A stretch of DNA of 59,507 nt from Bacilli bacterium (GTDB taxonomy: Bacteria; Bacillota_I; Bacilli_A; RF39; UBA660). The stretch lies in the NCBI GenBank assembly GCA_017622175.1, contig JAGARQ010000009.1, forward strand, positions 1 to 59,507, read 5' to 3'. The notes below the pieces were generated by a model. That model worked only from the letters and a program-made list of their open reading frames with translations, was not told the DNA's origin and did no database searches. Below are positions 16,853 through 29,435 of this stretch, in pieces. How positions within the stretch are numbered: the stretch's first letter is position 1; every line of letters starts with the position of its first letter. The translations under genes were made by a program, and so were the position numbers.

Positions 16853-18259
16853 ATGGTATTTTCAAACATAGTATTTTTAGTTTTGTTTCTTCCAATATTT
16901 TTAATATTCTACTTTACTTTCAAAAAAAGAAAATTTAGAAATATTATATTGCTAGTATTTAGTTTAATATTTTATGCATGGGGAGAACCAATATATATTA
17001 TTTTAATGATATTTAGTATTCTTCTTAATTACTTTTTGGCTAAAAAGATAGATGATACTAGAAAAAACAAAAAAGAATCAAAAACATATTTAATAATTGC
17101 TTTAATATTAAATATAGGTTTACTAATATTCTTTAAGTATAGTAATTTCCTAGCGGAGATAATAAACATTTTTGGCTTTAAATTACCATATTTTAATATA
17201 GCTCTTCCAATAGGAATATCATTTTATACATTTCAAGCACTATCATATGTTATTGATGTATACTGGAATAATGTTAAGGTTCAAAGAAATCCGTTATATT
17301 TAGGTTGCTACATAACTGCATTTCCTCAGTTAATTGCAGGACCAATTGTTAGATATGAAACAATTGAAGATGAATTAGATAATAGAAAAGAAAATATCTC
17401 CTTGTTTAGTGAAGGTATAAGAAGATTCATATTAGGTTTAGCAAAAAAGGTTTTAATAGCTAATTCAGTTGCTTATATAGCAGATACTTTATTTAGCTAC
17501 AGTGCAAGTGAACTTGGTTTACTTGGAACTTGGATTGCATTAAGTTCATATACATTACAAATATATTTTGATTTTTCTGGATATAGTGATATGGCAATAG
17601 GTTTAGGAAAAATGTTAGGATTTAATTTCTTAGAAAACTTCAATTATCCATATATTGCTAATAGTATTACAGATTTTTGGAGAAGATGGCATATATCACT
17701 ATCTTCATTCTTTAAGGACTATGTATATATTCCATTAGGAGGAAATAGAGTAAAAAAATATAGACATATAATTAATATAATGATAGTATGGGCACTAACT
17801 GGTTTATGGCATGGCGCATCATGGAATTTTGTTATTTGGGGAATATACTATGGCATTTTACTTCTAATAGAAAAATATATATTAAAAAAACATCTAGAAA
17901 AATGGCCAAAACTATTAAGACATACCTATGCCATACTAATAATAATGATAGGCTGGTTAATATTTAGACAAACATCAATAGTCGAAATACTTGATTATTT
18001 AAAAGCTATGGTAGGTGTTTATGGAGTAGGTTCAACTAAACTACTAAAAATAACACAAATATTCCAAATGAAATATATAATCTTCTGGACATTAGGAATT
18101 ATCTTTTCAACACCAATATACAAAAAAATATCAGATTATTTTAATAAAAGTAATAAAAGAAAATATATCTTTGACATACTATTAATTCTACTTTTTATAG
18201 TAACAATTTTTTATGTTGTTGTTGGTAGTTATAATCCATTTATATATTTTAGATTTTAA
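16853..18259 (+). CDS. MBOAT O-acyltransferase (AlgI/PatA-like)
   Basis: LPIGISFYTFQ, FPQLIAGPIVRY, YFDFSGYSDMAIG, FWRRWHISL, GLWHG, FIYFRF. Confidence 0.95.
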   Translation: MVFSNIVFLVLFLPIFLIFYFTFKKRKFRNIILLVFSLIFYAWGEPIYIILMIFSILLNYFLAKKIDDTRKNKKESKTYLIIALILNIGLLIFFKYSNFLAEIINIFGFKLPYFNIALPIGISFYTFQALSYVIDVYWNNVKVQRNPLYLGCYITAFPQLIAGPIVRYETIEDELDNRKENISLFSEGIRRFILGLAKKVLIANSVAYIADTLFSYSASELGLLGTWIALSSYTLQIYFDFSGYSDMAIGLGKMLGFNFLENFNYPYIANSITDFWRRWHISLSSFFKDYVYIPLGGNRVKKYRHIINIMIVWALTGLWHGASWNFVIWGIYYGILLLIEKYILKKHLEKWPKLLRHTYAILIIMIGWLIFRQTSIVEILDYLKAMVGVYGVGSTKLLKITQIFQMKYIIFWTLGIIFSTPIYKKISDYFNKSNKRKYIFDILLILLFIVTIFYVVVGSYNPFIYFRF

Positions 18260-18266
18260 TATTAAT

Positions 18267-20314
<2,048 letters not shown>

Positions 20315-20355
20315 ATAAAATATGATACAATTGAAATAATCAGAAGGGATTAATT

Positions 20356-20622
20356 ATGGGAAAAATAAAAGTTAAAGTTGGGCCAAAAGCCTTTAAAATG
20401 TTTACAACATTTATTACATCAGCAGCACTATATGATGGACCATCAGAACTAGAAACTACGAAGACTAATGTGATTCATAATGAAACAACAAATGAGACAT
20501 ATGTAGAAGTAGAACCACAAACTGTTGTAATAAACAAAAGCGTAAGTCAACGTCTAGCAGGGCGAGTAGCCAGATTCCTAATGGAACATGTAGAACTAGA
20601 AAAAAAGTCACAAGCAAAATAA
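20356..20622 (+). CDS. Small hypothetical protein
   Basis: 88-aa ORF with GAAGGG RBS and upstream TGATACAAT -10-like box. Confidence 0.6.
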   Translation: MGKIKVKVGPKAFKMFTTFITSAALYDGPSELETTKTNVIHNETTNETYVEVEPQTVVINKSVSQRLAGRVARFLMEHVELEKKSQAK

Positions 20623-20643
20623 AAAAGATAAGTAGGTGAAACA

Positions 20644-21423
20644 ATGTCAAAAAAAATAAAAGCAGAAGAATATAAGGATGAATTTGACGAAGAAGTAGAA
20701 GATGACTATTACGAAGACGAAAATGAACCAGAAAAAGAAGTAGTCGAAGAATCACCAAATAACTTTAAGGCAATAGAAGATGAACAAGAAGACGAAGAAT
20801 ATTATGAAGATGCAAAAAAAACGTTTAGAAGAGTAAATACATCTAAATTTATGAGTATATTTAATGTAATGTTTATATTAATTATGATTATAATGCTAAT
20901 AATTAGTGTAGATGTAATTTGTATTACAAGATATAATATTGGTCCGTTCTTTGCAATAAATACCAAAACATATAAAGATGGTGGAACCAAAGAATATTAT
21001 GGTTTGGGCTATAAAGTAATTAAATATAGTGAAATAGCAGGAAGAAGAGATACTCAAATAGGTTTTTGGAATATGAAATATTCAACTGAACCACTGATGT
21101 TAGAAGATATCGATCTAGCAATAGAATTTCAAAATAATCCAGAACCAACGGCTAATAAATACTATAAAAAATATGTAAAAATATTATCTACAATTAAAGA
21201 AATAGATAATAAAAATAATATAATAATTTTAGAGTACACAGATCCAGATGGAAAATATACTTTAGAAATAACTTGTAAAATGGTATCCAGAAAAGATTCA
21301 TTAGTAAATTATAAAATAAACGATAAAGTATCTATAAAGGGAACAGTTTTTAGTTTTTCTATAAAAGAAGATACTAAAACAAATAAAGTTATACTAGAAA
21401 ACTGTTTTGTAGAACAAAATTAA
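20644..21423 (+). CDS. Single-TM hypothetical protein with acidic N-terminus and possible C-terminal OB fold
   Basis: AGGTGA RBS; D/E-rich start, one TM, DGGTKEYYGLGYKVIKY, C-terminal KVSIKG...LENC. Confidence 0.65.
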   Translation: MSKKIKAEEYKDEFDEEVEDDYYEDENEPEKEVVEESPNNFKAIEDEQEDEEYYEDAKKTFRRVNTSKFMSIFNVMFILIMIIMLIISVDVICITRYNIGPFFAINTKTYKDGGTKEYYGLGYKVIKYSEIAGRRDTQIGFWNMKYSTEPLMLEDIDLAIEFQNNPEPTANKYYKKYVKILSTIKEIDNKNNIIILEYTDPDGKYTLEITCKMVSRKDSLVNYKINDKVSIKGTVFSFSIKEDTKTNKVILENCFVEQN

Positions 21424-21491
21424 CACACTAAAATAGTGTGTTTTTTTAGCATAGTATGTTATAATAAGTAAAGTTAAAGGAGGAATCCGCA

Positions 21492-21794
21492 ATGGATGAC
21501 AGATTATCAAAAGAAGAAGTATTACATGTTGCAGAACTAGCAAGAATTGCTATAAGTGAAAGTGAATTAGAAAAATATCAAATTCAATTAAAACAAATTA
21601 TGGATAGTGTAGATAAAATTAAAGAAGTAGAAGTAAATGATGAAAAAATGTTAATTGCTAATTGGAGTGAACCAACTAAATTAAGAGAAGATACAGCAGG
21701 AGAAATGCTAAATCCAAAAGAAGTAATTGGTAATGCGCCTCGTCATAGTGGAAACTATATAGAAGTACCTGTAGTAATTGGGGAGGAATCATAA
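21492..21794 (+). CDS. gatC: Asp/Glu-tRNA amidotransferase subunit C
   Basis: EEVLHVAELARI, LREDT, NAP...YIEVPVV; upstream of gatAB. Confidence 0.95.
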   Translation: MDDRLSKEEVLHVAELARIAISESELEKYQIQLKQIMDSVDKIKEVEVNDEKMLIANWSEPTKLREDTAGEMLNPKEVIGNAPRHSGNYIEVPVVIGEES

Positions 21795-21795
21795 T

Positions 21796-23244
21796 ATGAA
21801 ATATTTAAATAAAAGCGTATTAGAATTACATGAATTATTAAAAGATAAAAAGATTAAACCAATTGACTTGGTAGAAGAAGCATTTGCTAATATTGAAGAA
21901 AATAAAGAATTAAATGCATACATTACTCTTAATAAAGAAGAAGCAATTAAACAAGCAAAAGAACTAGAAAATAAAGAAGTAGATAATGTATTATTTGGTA
22001 TGCCAATTGCTATCAAAGATAATATTGTTACAAAAGACTTACTAACAACATGTGCCTCACATATGTTAGAAAACTTTACTCCTATTTATGATGCAACTGT
22101 AATTGAAAAAATAAAATCAAAAAATATGATTATTATCGGAAAAACAAATATGGATGAATTTGCAATGGGTTCCACAAGTAGAACAAGTTACTTTGGATCT
22201 CCATTAAATCCATGGAACAAAGAAAGAATTTCTGGAGGTTCATCAGGTGGTTCAGCCGTAACAATAGCTGCACGTGATTTACCATTTGCATTAGGTTCAG
22301 ATACAGGTGGTTCTATTAGACAACCATCTAGTTATTGTGGAATAGTTGGAATGAAACCAACATATGGAAGAGTATCAAGATATGGTCTAATTGCCTTTGC
22401 ATCAAGTATGGACCAAATTGGACCAATGACAAAAAATGTTTACGAAAATGCTCTTCTTTTAAATGCAATAGTAGGAAAAGATAATAAAGATTTAACATCA
22501 GCAAATAAAGAAGCAGAAGATTTTACAAGATTAATAGGTAAAGATATTAAAGATATGAAAATAGCAGTACCTAAATACTTTATGAGCGACATTGTATCAA
22601 ACGAAGTAAAATTAAAAATTGAAGAAACAATTAACTTATTAAAAAATGCTGGAGCAGTCGTTGATTACGTAGATATGAAATATTTAGATCAAGCAGTAAC
22701 TCTATATCAAGTCATTGCCCTTGGAGAAGCAAGCTCAAATCTAGCAAGATTTGATGGAATAAGATATGGATTCTCTGCAGAAAATCCTGAAAATATTAAA
22801 GATGTTTATTTTAAAACAAGACAAGAGGGATTTGGAACAGAAGTAAAAAGACGTATCATGGTTGGAGCACACATTCTAAGTGGGGAAAATGCAAAAGTTT
22901 ACTATGACAAAGCAATGTCCGTAAGAGCTGCAATGCGTGATGAGTTTAAACGCATTTATAAAGATTATGACTTAATAATTGGACCAACAGCAACAACAAC
23001 AGCATATGCTCAAACAGAATCATTAGATGATCCATTAAAGAGTTTCTTAGATGACGTTTTAGTAAATCCAGCTAACATGGCAGGACTACCAGGACTAAAT
23101 GTACCAGTTGGATTTGATAATAGTAATATGCCAATTGGAATGCATATCATTGGAAATGATTTTGATGAAGCAAGAATGTATCAATTAGCTAGTTACATTG
23201 AAAAAGAACTTAATTTAGATCTTACACCAGGAGGTGAAAAATAA
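21796..23244 (+). CDS. gatA: Asp/Glu-tRNA amidotransferase subunit A
   Basis: GKTNMDEFAMGS, GGSSGGSA, GSDTGGSIRQP amidase signature; GGAGG RBS before ATG 21796. Confidence 0.97.
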   Translation: MKYLNKSVLELHELLKDKKIKPIDLVEEAFANIEENKELNAYITLNKEEAIKQAKELENKEVDNVLFGMPIAIKDNIVTKDLLTTCASHMLENFTPIYDATVIEKIKSKNMIIIGKTNMDEFAMGSTSRTSYFGSPLNPWNKERISGGSSGGSAVTIAARDLPFALGSDTGGSIRQPSSYCGIVGMKPTYGRVSRYGLIAFASSMDQIGPMTKNVYENALLLNAIVGKDNKDLTSANKEAEDFTRLIGKDIKDMKIAVPKYFMSDIVSNEVKLKIEETINLLKNAGAVVDYVDMKYLDQAVTLYQVIALGEASSNLARFDGIRYGFSAENPENIKDVYFKTRQEGFGTEVKRRIMVGAHILSGENAKVYYDKAMSVRAAMRDEFKRIYKDYDLIIGPTATTTAYAQTESLDDPLKSFLDDVLVNPANMAGLPGLNVPVGFDNSNMPIGMHIIGNDFDEARMYQLASYIEKELNLDLTPGGEK

Positions 23245-24665
23245 TGTCAAATTATATACCAACAATTGGTGTAGAAGTACACGTAGAATTAAAAACAAAA
23301 ACAAAAATTTTCTCAAATTCAACTAATGGATATGGAGAAATGGCTAATTCATTAACAAATGTAATTGACTTAGGTTATCCAGGAACATTACCAACATTAA
23401 ATGAAGAAGTAATAAACTTAGCTATAAAAGCAGCAACAGTCTTAAACTGTAAAATAAGAAGAGAAATGCATTTTGATAGAAAAAATTATTTCTATCCTGA
23501 CAATCCAAAGAACTATCAAATTACACAAAGCAGAACTCCGATTGGATACGATGGATATGTAGAAGTTGAAGTTAATGGAGTTAAAAAGAAAATAGAAATA
23601 GAAGAAATGCATATTGAAGAAGATACATGTAAATCAACTCATAGAGGAACAAAAACTTTATTAGATTTTAATAGAGCAGGAGTTCCACTTATTGAAATAG
23701 TTACAAAACCATGTATGACAAGTGGAGATGAAGCAAAAGCTTATCTTGAAAAATTAAGAGAACTATTATTTTATTGTGATGTATCAGATTGTAAAATTGA
23801 AGAAGGTTCAATGAGAGCTGATGCTAATGTTTCAATTAGAAAAAATGAATCCGATCCATTTGGTACAAAAGCAGAAATTAAAAATATTGGTTCAATTACT
23901 AATGTTGCAATCAGTATTAATAAAGAAATCGAACGTCAAAGTAAATTATACGATAACGGAGAAACATTTAAACCTCAAACAAGACGTTATGATGATAAAC
24001 TAGGAGATACTGTTCTTATGCGTGTAAAAGAAACTGGAAATGATTATCGATATTTTCCAGAACCAGATATCCCATTTGTTTATGTAACTGATGAAATGAT
24101 TGAAAATGTAGTTAAAACAATCCCAATGCTTCCAGATGAAAGAAGAACAATTTACATTGAAAAAGGTGTACCTGAAGTAAATGCTAATAAAATTGTTCAA
24201 AATAGAAGTTTAAGTGATTACTTTAATACATTATTAGACGAAAATACTAACTTCAAAATTGCAAGTAATTTACTTTTAGGTGATATTGCAGCGTATTTAA
24301 ACAAAGAAGAAAAATTAATAACAGATACAACTTTAACTAAAGAAAGATTCGTAGAATTAATAAAAAATATGGAAGATAACACACTAACAAGTAAAAACTT
24401 AAAAGATATTTTAAATAAAGTTTTAGAAGAAACATCATCAATTTCTGAAATTATCAAAGCATCAGGAATTGAGAATATTACAGATGACTCTGCAATTAGA
24501 GAAGTTATTAAGAAAGTAATAGAAGAAAACCCAGGTTCAGTAGAAGATTATAAAACTGGACATGATAGAGCAATAAAGTTCTTAATGGGACAAGTAATGA
24601 AAGCATCACGTGGTTCAGCAAATCCAAAAATAGCAATGGATATACTAATGGAAGAACTAAAATAG
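23244..24665 (+). CDS. gatB: Asp/Glu-tRNA amidotransferase subunit B
   Basis: IGVEVHVEL, FDRKNYFYPD, DFNRAGVPLIEIV, DYRYFPEPD, FLMGQVMK. Confidence 0.98.
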   Translation: MSNYIPTIGVEVHVELKTKTKIFSNSTNGYGEMANSLTNVIDLGYPGTLPTLNEEVINLAIKAATVLNCKIRREMHFDRKNYFYPDNPKNYQITQSRTPIGYDGYVEVEVNGVKKKIEIEEMHIEEDTCKSTHRGTKTLLDFNRAGVPLIEIVTKPCMTSGDEAKAYLEKLRELLFYCDVSDCKIEEGSMRADANVSIRKNESDPFGTKAEIKNIGSITNVAISINKEIERQSKLYDNGETFKPQTRRYDDKLGDTVLMRVKETGNDYRYFPEPDIPFVYVTDEMIENVVKTIPMLPDERRTIYIEKGVPEVNANKIVQNRSLSDYFNTLLDENTNFKIASNLLLGDIAAYLNKEEKLITDTTLTKERFVELIKNMEDNTLTSKNLKDILNKVLEETSSISEIIKASGIENITDDSAIREVIKKVIEENPGSVEDYKTGHDRAIKFLMGQVMKASRGSANPKIAMDILMEELK

Positions 24666-24737
24666 TTTACAAATAAAAGTGTAAATTGAAAAAAAACTAT
24701 TGCATAGTGTATAATTATAGTACTAGGATGTGACAAT

Positions 24738-25178
24738 ATGAAATTTATAAAAAGAAATAGAAGTATCATTGTATCAGTAGTAGTATTCTTTATATTGATA
24801 TTACTTTGCTTACAAGTAAAAAATATTTTATTCCCAAATGATGGTTTAGCAGTATATGGTAATCGTTTAGAGGGAAAAGTTGCAATAACAAAAAATTTAA
24901 ATAAAAAAATCCAAGAATTATTACCAGAAGGAGCAACAAAAGTAACTGTTAGAGACTCTGGAAGAATTCTTAACATAACAATTACTGTAACAGATACAAT
25001 TACAAGAGATACTGCTAAGAGTTTTGCAACACAATCATTAGCTGCTCTAAGTGAAGAAGAAGCTAATTATTATGATATACAATTTTTCTTAGTAAAAAAT
25101 GCTGAATCAAATGACTTTCCAATTATTGGATACAAAATTCCAAAAGCAGAAACAATAGCATGGACAAAGGATAGATAG
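24738..25178 (+). CDS. Membrane-anchored hypothetical protein
   Basis: N-terminal TM, YGNRL and FPIIGYK; RBS and TGTATAAT upstream. Confidence 0.75.
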   Translation: MKFIKRNRSIIVSVVVFFILILLCLQVKNILFPNDGLAVYGNRLEGKVAITKNLNKKIQELLPEGATKVTVRDSGRILNITITVTDTITRDTAKSFATQSLAALSEEEANYYDIQFFLVKNAESNDFPIIGYKIPKAETIAWTKDR

Positions 25179-25190
25179 GGGATTAGATAA

Positions 25191-27233
25191 ATGAAAAAGA
25201 AAATATTAATAATTGTTGTTCCTATTATAATTGCCCTAGTAGCCTTCGTAGGTGTATATCGTTATTATAATAAAGAAGATAAAACAACAACACTAACGGT
25301 AACAGAAAAAAGATGGGTAGAAGAAAACAAAGAACAAGCATTTGATTTTGAAATTGTAAACGACTATCCACTATATGGAACAGATGGAGAAGGGGTAATC
25401 TTTAATTTCGTTAATGATTTTGAAGAAAAGATTGGACTAACTTTCAATAAAATACCATATTTAAAATCAGCAGAACCTTCAACATCAGGTCTAAAAATAA
25501 GAATTCTAGATCAAGATGAAAAATTAACTGAAAATGATTTACCACTATTTACAGATTACTATATTGCAATTGGTAAAGAATACCAAAGAATAAATCATAT
25601 TAAAGATATGAAAAATATAACAATTGGTGTATTCAAAGAAGATAGTGAAGATTTAAGTTACTATTTAAAAAGTGGTACTAACTTATCATATAAAACATAT
25701 GACAAAATAGAAGAATTATATGCAGCTCTAGATAGTAATGCTGTAGGTATGATTATAGTACCAAATATAATGTATTTAGATAGAATAATTAAAACAGAGA
25801 ATTATTCAATTAATTATTTCTTTACTGAATATCAAAAACAAATAGTATTAACACTAACAGGAACAGATGAAAAACTAGATACAATTGTAGAAAAATACTA
25901 TAATAAATGGCGTTATACTAAGTATGTAAGTGAATATAATGCAGCATATATGAATTATTACTTATTAAAAAATGAATTAAGTGCTAAAGAAAAATCTGCA
26001 TTAGTATCAAAAACATATGTATATGGATACGTTGAAAACGAACCATTTGAAGTAAAAGTACATGGTAAACTTGCCGGTATTGCTGGAGAATATATTAATA
26101 GAATGTCACGCTTAAGTGATATCGAATTTAAATATAAAAAATATTCATCAAGAAAAGCACTAGAAAAAGCAGTTGATCAAGGTAAAGTAGATATATACTT
26201 TGACTATTATAACTATACTAATGAAAACTATGTACCAACAGTATCAACATTTGTTGAAGACTATGTAGTTTTAGGAAAACAAGAAGATAATCATGTAATT
26301 AATTCATTTGAAAGTTTAAGAAATAAAAAAGTATTAATGTTAGATGATGATGCTTTACATAATTATTTTGAAACAAACTCAAAAGCAAAAATAAAAACAT
26401 ATAAAAATGTAGATGAATTAATTAAAGCATCAAAATCAGATTTAATAGTAGTAGATTATGAAATATATTCATACTATCAAAATAATAAATTTAAAAATTA
26501 TAAATTATTATATAAAGATACAATGATGAATGATTATAAATTCATGGTTCATAAAGATAATAAAGAATTCTATGATTTATTTAACTATATTATTAACACA
26601 AACTCTTATTATAATTATAGAAATACAGGTATAGAGAACTTACATGCTTCTATTTTAGAAGATTCAACATTTGAACAAGTATATACAATTATTTTAATAA
26701 TTATCTTTGTACCGTTAATAATCTTAGGAATATCATATCTAATTATTAAGAAGAAAAATGAAGTTAAAAAGATAAAAGCAACGGATCGTCATAAATATAC
26801 AGATATGTTAACATCACTAAAAAATAGAAATTATTTAAATGCTAAAATGGCAGAATGGGAAGATTCAAAAGTATTCCCACAATCAATAGTAATGGTTGAC
26901 TTAAATAACGTAAAATATGTTAATGATAATTATGGTCATGAAGAAGGAGACCAATTAATTATTAAAGCAGCTGGTATTTTAGTAAATACTCAATTAGAAA
27001 ATAGTGAAGTTATAAGAACCGACGGAAATGAATTCTTAATTTACTTAGTAGGATATAGTGATAGACAAGTTTCAACATATACTAAAAAGTTAGAAAAAGA
27101 GATGAAGTCATTACCACATGAATTTGGTGCTGCAGTAGGATATAGTATGATAACTGATGAAATAAAAACATTAGATGATGCTATTAATGAAGCAACACTA
27201 GAAATGATAACAAACAAAGAAGAATATAAGTAG
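25191..27233 (+). CDS. Membrane sensor with tandem PBP-like ectodomains and degenerate GGDEF domain
   Basis: TM-ectodomain-TM; TDMLTSLKNR, DLNNVKYVNDNYGHEEGD; active site reads DGNEF. Confidence 0.85.
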   Translation: MKKKILIIVVPIIIALVAFVGVYRYYNKEDKTTTLTVTEKRWVEENKEQAFDFEIVNDYPLYGTDGEGVIFNFVNDFEEKIGLTFNKIPYLKSAEPSTSGLKIRILDQDEKLTENDLPLFTDYYIAIGKEYQRINHIKDMKNITIGVFKEDSEDLSYYLKSGTNLSYKTYDKIEELYAALDSNAVGMIIVPNIMYLDRIIKTENYSINYFFTEYQKQIVLTLTGTDEKLDTIVEKYYNKWRYTKYVSEYNAAYMNYYLLKNELSAKEKSALVSKTYVYGYVENEPFEVKVHGKLAGIAGEYINRMSRLSDIEFKYKKYSSRKALEKAVDQGKVDIYFDYYNYTNENYVPTVSTFVEDYVVLGKQEDNHVINSFESLRNKKVLMLDDDALHNYFETNSKAKIKTYKNVDELIKASKSDLIVVDYEIYSYYQNNKFKNYKLLYKDTMMNDYKFMVHKDNKEFYDLFNYIINTNSYYNYRNTGIENLHASILEDSTFEQVYTIILIIIFVPLIILGISYLIIKKKNEVKKIKATDRHKYTDMLTSLKNRNYLNAKMAEWEDSKVFPQSIVMVDLNNVKYVNDNYGHEEGDQLIIKAAGILVNTQLENSEVIRTDGNEFLIYLVGYSDRQVSTYTKKLEKEMKSLPHEFGAAVGYSMITDEIKTLDDAINEATLEMITNKEEYK

Positions 27234-27246
27234 AAGGAAGTAAAAA

Positions 27247-28089
27247 ATGGAAAAAGCAAGAGTTTTCTTTAGTAAATTCATATCACTAATGAGAAAGCCA
27301 GAGCTTAGGATATTACCTGGGCAACTTGCTTTTTTTCTTGTCTTATCTTTAATACCATTAATTGCTCTTATTGGAACAATAGCTTCAGCTTTATCCATTC
27401 CGGTAGGAACAATCAGAAGTGTTATTGGTAACTCAGTACCAGATGCAGTAGCTGACATCATAGTAAGTGTAATGTCTGCCAAAGGATTAAGTTTTAACGT
27501 AGTAGCCTTCTTTGTCGCAGCATTCATTCTAGCATCAAATGGTACAAATTCAATGATTATTACATCAAATGAAATATATAAGATAAAAGCAGATAGCTTT
27601 TTTAGAAGAAGACTAAAAGCCATAATGATGACACTATCATTAGTAGGATTATTTTTCTTCCTATTAGTAGTACCTATTTGGGGAGATACAATATTTGCTA
27701 TTATAAAATTATCTGCATCAAAAAAAGTCCCAATAGACTTTATATATAGAATATTTAAATTATTACAATACCCACTGACAATATTAGTTTTATACTTCAA
27801 TATAAAACTTATGTATATAACAGCGCCTGATGAAAAAATAGAAAGTAAAGAGACAACTAAAGGAGCAATATTCACAACAGTAGGTTGGATACTTGCATCA
27901 GAAATATACTCATTCTATATTTCAACATTCTCTAACTATAGTATGTTTTATGGAAGTATATCAAACGTAGTAATCCTTCTATTATGGGTATACATATTAT
28001 CATATATTTTCGTATTGGGTATGATAATAAATGCAGGATCTTATTCTGAGAAAGACACTGAAAAAGACAAAATAAAAACACTTGAATAA
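27247..28089 (+). CDS. YihY/BrkB-family membrane protein
   Basis: LAFFLVLSLIP, YSMFYGSISNVVILLLWVY...LG.IIN. Confidence 0.88.
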   Translation: MEKARVFFSKFISLMRKPELRILPGQLAFFLVLSLIPLIALIGTIASALSIPVGTIRSVIGNSVPDAVADIIVSVMSAKGLSFNVVAFFVAAFILASNGTNSMIITSNEIYKIKADSFFRRRLKAIMMTLSLVGLFFFLLVVPIWGDTIFAIIKLSASKKVPIDFIYRIFKLLQYPLTILVLYFNIKLMYITAPDEKIESKETTKGAIFTTVGWILASEIYSFYISTFSNYSMFYGSISNVVILLLWVYILSYIFVLGMIINAGSYSEKDTEKDKIKTLE

Positions 28090-28099
28090 GTGTTTTTTT
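28075..28099. terminator. Bidirectional terminator between convergent genes
   Basis: AAAACACTT-GAAT-AAGTGTTTTTTT. Confidence 0.65.
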
Positions 28100-29288
28100 A
28101 TTTTATACTATCATATCTTTTAACTTTACCAGTTAATATACTCGCAAGTAAAATTGTAAATGTATACATAAATAGTAATACATATAATAACCATTTCTTA
28201 CTAAGAATTCCAGCAATTAATAATAACGTAAACCCTGTAACTCTACCAATATTTAATACAACCTCACGAATTGACCAAAATTCAAGTAAATGTTTTTCTT
28301 TAATTAATTTACAATTAGAAATATTAAATAATCTAACATCAAATATTAAAGCTAACATATTAATCATAATCATATAACTGAAATAATAAATCATTAAAGT
28401 TATATCATTGTTGAAAAATAACATAATAACTAATGCAATAAGAGGAATAATAGAACTTATTATAGCTAAAACTTTATCGTACTTCTTATTAAAAATTTTA
28501 GCATACAAATATTGCATAACAATAACTAATACAGATGATAAAGAAGTAAATAATCCTAAACTAAAATCAGAATTAAAAGCTCCTACAATTAACACAACCA
28601 TTAATATATCAAGAGCACTATCTGATAAATTCATTCCCTTAAAGAAATCAACAAATAACATATTTCTAATATCTTTATTTTTAAATAATATCTTAGCTGA
28701 TTTAAATGGAGTATACTTATTATTCTTCATATCAAGAGGTTCTATTAATAAAGATAAAATAATTTGTAGTATTGAAACAATTAATATAATAACTGCAGTT
28801 AATTGGAAGTTAGTAGTAGAAATAATACTACCAAGTAATATAGGAATTACAATACTAACAAAAGTCATTAGAACTTTTCTTGCCATTTCATAAGCATCTC
28901 TTTCAACATTCTTAACCTTACTAGATGCAAATAAATTATAAGGATAATAATATGTACAAGAAGACATTCCTGATAATAATGAAATTAAAGGTATATAATC
29001 AATTATCTTTTCTTTAAGAATAACAATTACCAATATATAAATAAAGTTAATTACTATACCAGTACGAAATGTTTCTAAATGATGTCTTTTCTTTAAGAAC
29101 CAACCTAGAATAAAAAATCCAATTCCTAATATTAAATAGTTAAATATATAATACAAAGATATATCTACTAATGAATCAGCTGATACTTTAATAAAGTATG
29201 CGGTAAGAAACGGTCCTAAAAATATTTTTATTATTTTTTTTAAAGCCTCAATCATTAACAATATATTCGATTCTTTATATTCAAACAT
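28098..29288 (-). CDS. MFS-like transporter
   Basis: About 12 hydrophobic segments, REVVLNIGR in the C-terminal half; AAGGAG RBS favours ATG 29288. Confidence 0.75.
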   Translation of the reverse strand: MFEYKESNILLMIEALKKIIKIFLGPFLTAYFIKVSADSLVDISLYYIFNYLILGIGFFILGWFLKKRHHLETFRTGIVINFIYILVIVILKEKIIDYIPLISLLSGMSSCTYYYPYNLFASSKVKNVERDAYEMARKVLMTFVSIVIPILLGSIISTTNFQLTAVIILIVSILQIILSLLIEPLDMKNNKYTPFKSAKILFKNKDIRNMLFVDFFKGMNLSDSALDILMVVLIVGAFNSDFSLGLFTSLSSVLVIVMQYLYAKIFNKKYDKVLAIISSIIPLIALVIMLFFNNDITLMIYYFSYMIMINMLALIFDVRLFNISNCKLIKEKHLLEFWSIREVVLNIGRVTGFTLLLIAGILSKKWLLYVLLFMYTFTILLASILTGKVKRYDSIK

Positions 29289-29435
29289 TAAAACCCACTC
29301 CTTATCTTCAAATAATATTCTATCATAAAACATGTTAATTACACTCATTAAACTATGTCAATAGTGTCAATAAAATAGCACTTTTAAGAACATTGAAAAA
29401 ATAATAATAGAGTGTTATAATTAAATAAGCGAGGT

